Assembly (NCBI GenBank): GCA_964035545.1
Contig: OZ037773.1
Location: 2,199,751-2,263,750 of the forward strand
Direction: 5' to 3'
Length of the DNA stretch: 64,000 nt
From: Bugula neritina
Taxonomy: Eukaryota; Animalia; Bryozoa
Under the pieces are notes generated by a model that was given only the letters and a program-made list of their open reading frames with translations, had not been told where the DNA came from and did no database searches. Both the position numbers and the translations under genes were made by a program. Shown here piece after piece: positions 59,685 through 64,000 of this stretch (the stretch's first letter is position 1; each line of letters begins with the position of its first letter).

Positions 59685-62600
59685 ATGGGGTATATAAAGT
59701 CAGCACGGAACTGGTTAATCAGGACCTGGCCTTACGTTGTGCTGGTGACAGCAATGTTGGCACACTCAATAAGTATAGGTTTTTCTTACGGTATTCTAGG
59801 AAGTTTCACTGTATCTCAGTCAAAATATCTTAACCTATCAATATACGAGAGCAGCTGGACCGGGGCCACCCATCTGTCTACATTCTTTTTAACAAGTAAG
59901 TGCATCTTAGAATTGGGCTGATCAAAGGCTATCTGCATCTTAGAATGTAGGGTAAAGTGTTATCTGCATCTTGGAATGAGAGGTGAGATGTTATCTGCAT
60001 CTTAGAATGAGTTGTGAGATGATTTCTGCATCTTAGAATAAGGAATGAAATGTTATCTGCATCTTAGAATTATAAGTGGTGAAATGCTATCTGCATCTTA
60101 GAATGTAGGGTGAAGTGTTATCTGCATCTTAGAATAAGGAATGAAAAGTTACATGTGTCTGAGAATGAGTGGTGAGGTGCTATCTACATCTTAGAACAAA
60201 TAGTGAAGTTTTACCTGCATCTTAAAATGCAGTGGTAAAGTGGAAGTTACAGTTTATGCTGACCACTTGGGAATGTAAATTTCCAATTTGTCTCAACTAC
60301 AGTTTGATGTATTAAATAATGGTTTTAATTTAAAGTTCAACCTGCAACTGATTATGAATCGTAATCTATATTTTTGCTCATAAATGCTAACAAATATCTT
60401 TTGTACTTTTTTAGTGTCAACTAAACATCCTTAGATAGTGTTTTGGTTTACTGTTTGCATTGTATAACTATGGATGATAGAAGGAAAAGTAACAGCATGA
60501 TACTTTCCTAGCTCTCATGCATGATTGTTTATTTGGGTACAACCTGTTAGCATAATATGGTATTGCATTCTAAGCTATTTAAATGCCGACTTGTGATATA
60601 AAAGTCCTGCTTTGTTAATATTTTATATATTTCTTCCAATACTTGAACTTCATTAGTTACCAAGAAGATACTTAGAAATTATTCATCCTAAATCTGCTTG
60701 CCCAAAACCACTACTTAAATTAAAGCTAAATCTACCACTGACCTAATTCTTAGATCTAACATCCATTCATTTAATATGTTATTTATACTATCCACATCAT
60801 TAAGTGCATGCATAGTCTTTACACATGAATGAATGCACACAACCTCCACTAGATCACCCTGCACCATTTTTTCTCTGCACTGTTTAAAATCCTATTGCAT
60901 GCAGTTTCCTCAATGCTTTTCTTAAATGGTGAAAATACATTATACGGTGTTAAAAAGGTGCACATTCTAAAAAGGCGTTACCTATAAGATGTATTTAGTA
61001 GTACAACAAAAGAATAATTTGGCTTTTTCTTAATTACATGGAATATCTATTTCTGATGCCCATATTATCTTCACTATGAACAGATCCAGTGTGTCTATTG
61101 ATAGTTTGAGAAGTGAAATCTTCCCATCAGAATACATGATATAAAAATATAATATACGTCACACTTGTATTATGTGATGTAACTTGGTGAATGTGCTGTA
61201 TTTTTACTGGAAGGAGACAGACTTCCTAGTAACACTAAACATATTTTAATTTAGGTCATCACTGAAATTATAAGTTGCAATTAGTAAATTCTAGACAACA
61301 GCAATAGGAATTCGCAGCTTTTTGAGATCAAGTTATTTAGAAATACAAGAATAAATTTGAACAAAACATAATATGTGGCATAGGGTAATATAATAATGAA
61401 CATATAAGTCTCACAATATAATTTTATAGCGCCGCTGACAACAGCCTTAGCTAAAAATATATCTCCAAGTTTGCTGCAAATAACGGGTGGCGTGTTGATG
61501 CTGCTCGGAGTTGGAGCTACTGCCTGGGCCAAAGAGCAGTGGCACTCCATCTTATCATTCGGCTTAGTGACAGGTTAGTGTGATTCTTTTTGTGACATGT
61601 CTATATTTCAATTGCATAGTTTGTCTAGACCTTTTATCTAGAAATCTGGGCTATGATTTACACTGTATATATCATATTAATCAATGACCATGGGTCATCG
61701 TATAGAAATGCATCGAGTTTTTCTTAACATTTTAAACAACCTTTGAGGTTCTCAAATCTCTTTCGTCCACTGAGGTGTTAACTTTTCACAAAAGCATTTG
61801 GCTATAAATGTACGTATAAATCAAGACTTTTCGAAAACTGTCAAAAACATCATTAATGAGTTGTCAGAATAAACTTTACAAACATATAAACACTCAGTTG
61901 AGAAATTTAAACTAGAACAATAGCAGAATATGACTTTAAACTAAAATAATTGTGTCTGATCATCTGAACTCTGTATCAGATGACACATGAGGTAATCTGA
62001 GGAGAATACATTATACCCAAATTCTGATTTAATTACAAATTCTTGAAATATTTTGCACTTCTTTTAAATACATAAAAACATGAGCTATAGAAATAGAATC
62101 CAATACCACTGCTTACTGTTGAAGAAAATAGCGTATTATAGCTCTCTGATAGCATGTAGTGTATATAGTGTACAGTATGTAGTTTATAGTATGTAGTGTA
62201 TAGTGATAGTATGTAGTGTATAGTAATAGCATGTAGTGTATAGTGATAGCATGTAGTGTATAGTGATAGCATGTAGTGTGTAGTGATAGTATGTAGTGTA
62301 TAGTGTATAGTATGTAGTGTATAGTGATAGCATGAAGTGCATAGTGTATAGTATGTAATGTATAGTGATAGCATGTAGTATATAGCATGTAGTGTATAGT
62401 GATAGCATGTAGTGTATAGTGATAGCATGCAGTGTATAGCATGTAGTGTATAGTGTATAGCATGTAGTGTATAGTGTGTAGTGTATAGTGGTAGCATGTA
62501 GTGTATAGTGATAGCATGTAGTATATAGCATGTAGTGTATAGTGATAGCATGTAGTGTATAGTGATAGCATGCAGTGTATAGCATGTAGTGTATAGTGAT

Positions 62601-63927
62601 AGCATGTAGTGTATAGTAATAGTATGTAGTGTATAGTAATAGCATGTAGTGTATAGTGTGTAGTGTATAGTGGTAGCATGTAGTGTATAGTGATAGCATG
62701 TAGTATATAGCATGTAGTGTATAGTGATAGCATGTAGTGTATAGTGATAGCATGCAGTGTATAGCATGTAGTGTATAGTGATAGCATGTAGTGTATAGTA
62801 TGTAGTGTATAGTGTATAGCATGTAGTGTATAGTGTATAGCATGTAGTGTATAGTGATAGCATGTAGTGTATAGTGATAGCATGCAGTGTATAGCATGTA
62901 GTGTATAGTGTATAGCATGTAGTGTATAGTGTGTAGTGTATAGTGGTAGCATGTAGTGTATAGTGATAGCATGTAGTATATAGCATGTAGTGTATAGTGA
63001 TAGCATGTAGTGTATAGTGATAGCATGCAGTGTATAGCATGTAGTGTATAGTGATAGCATGTAGTGTATAGTATGTAGTGTATAGTGTATAGCATGTAGT
63101 GTATAGTGTATAGCATGTAGTGTTTAGTGATAGCATGTAGTGTATAGTGATAGCATGTAGTGTATAGTGATAGCATGTAGTGTATAGTGATAGCATGTAG
63201 TATATAGCATGTAGTGTATAGTGATAGCATGTAGTGTATAGTGATAGCATGCAGTGTATAGCATGTAGTGTATAGTGATAGCATGTAGTGTATAGTATGT
63301 AGTGTATAGTGTATAGCATGTAGTGTATAGTGTATAGCATGTAGTGTATAGTGATAGCATGTAGTGTATAGTGATAGCATGTAGTGTATAGTGTATAGCA
63401 TGTAGTGTATAGTGATAGCATGTAGTGTATAGTTTATAGCATGTAGTGTATAGTGATAGCATGTAGTGTATAGTGATAGCATGTAGTGTATAGTAATAGC
63501 ATGTAGTGTATAGTATGTAGTGTATGTTGCAGGTCTGGGCATATCATTAGTCAGATCAGCAAGTGCGGCAGCGCTGCCCTTCTACTTCCAAAATGAGTTT
63601 GTGAAGTTTGCCATGGCGTCTGTGATGATCGGATTCACCATTGGGATGTCAGCTTTACCTCTCGTCTGTAATTATATATTCTCAATGGACGACTTTCCAA
63701 AGACTATGTTGGACGTATCAAAAATCATGTTTCTACATTTACTGTGTGGCCTAATCTTCTTACCAATTTCTATACAAAATCAAGAAGCAAAAGGAATTAA
63801 AATGCAGAATCTGACAAAGTCTGAAGTATATCAAGGAGTTGTTCTTCCATTAGTCAAGATAATCAAAAGTTTCAAGGTATGCATACATTTTATGGGCCTT
63901 TTTACTGGAATGACCAACTATTCACAG
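59685..63927 (+). CDS. MFS transporter, monocarboxylate transporter (SLC16)-like, 5' partial. Exons 59685-59895, 61430-61573, 63533-63927
   Basis: WPYVVLVTAMLAHSISIGFSYGILG..SWTG..; GGVLMLLG..SFGLVTGLGISL..LPFYF..FAMASVMIG.. follows the MCT TM1-TM6 pattern. Phases are consistent; the gene continues beyond the window. Confidence 0.8.
59902..60230. repeat. ~30-bp degenerate minisatellite starting at a donor site
   Basis: Recurring ATCTGCATCTTAGAAT; the first copy directly follows GTAAGT. Confidence 0.9.
62148..63524. repeat. Compound ~20-bp minisatellite (1.4 kb) ending at an acceptor
   Basis: GCATGTAGTGTATAGTGATA variants with higher-order repetition. Confidence 0.97.
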
Positions 63928-64000
63928 GTCAGGTTTCAAGTGTCATACAAGCATTTCTTGGCCATACCCGAGGTCTGCATGGTTTGCAAAAGTTAGCCAG

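Noticed and set aside
62033-63542. 300-460 aa Y/T/H-rich ORFs
   Set aside because: These are antisense translations of an intronic minisatellite, open in all three frames.

Overview
AT-rich, intron-rich animal (invertebrate-like) genomic DNA, not prokaryotic. From left to right: (1) a divergent intronless histone H2B with its 3' stem-loop, plus a decayed H2B copy. (2) An RTE-type LINE 3' fragment embedded in a (TA)n tract. (3) A ~20-kb inverted duplication (~4.6-16.3 kb / ~16.6-24.6 kb) carrying two intact head-to-head 11-exon purple acid phosphatase (ACP7/PAPL-like) genes. In the left copy the exon-10 splice acceptor has been amplified into a ~43-unit 26-bp tandem array, and a 5'-truncated CR1/L2-group LINE with an uninterrupted RT frame sits inside that array in sense orientation. 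One amplified acceptor is in frame with the RT, so a phosphatase-RT fusion transcript is possible. (4) A small single-pass membrane protein gene. (5) An orphan gene with a signal peptide, an 8-Cys Frizzled-like CRD, four tandem 42-nt micro-exons and several TM segments. (6) WDR92 and CTDSPL2 head-to-head. (7) The 5' part of an SLC16/MCT-like MFS transporter. Intronic minisatellites often abut splice sites; several MITEs and tRNA-derived elements are present. All gene models were built by eye from splice signals and reading phase; no expression data or database searches were available.
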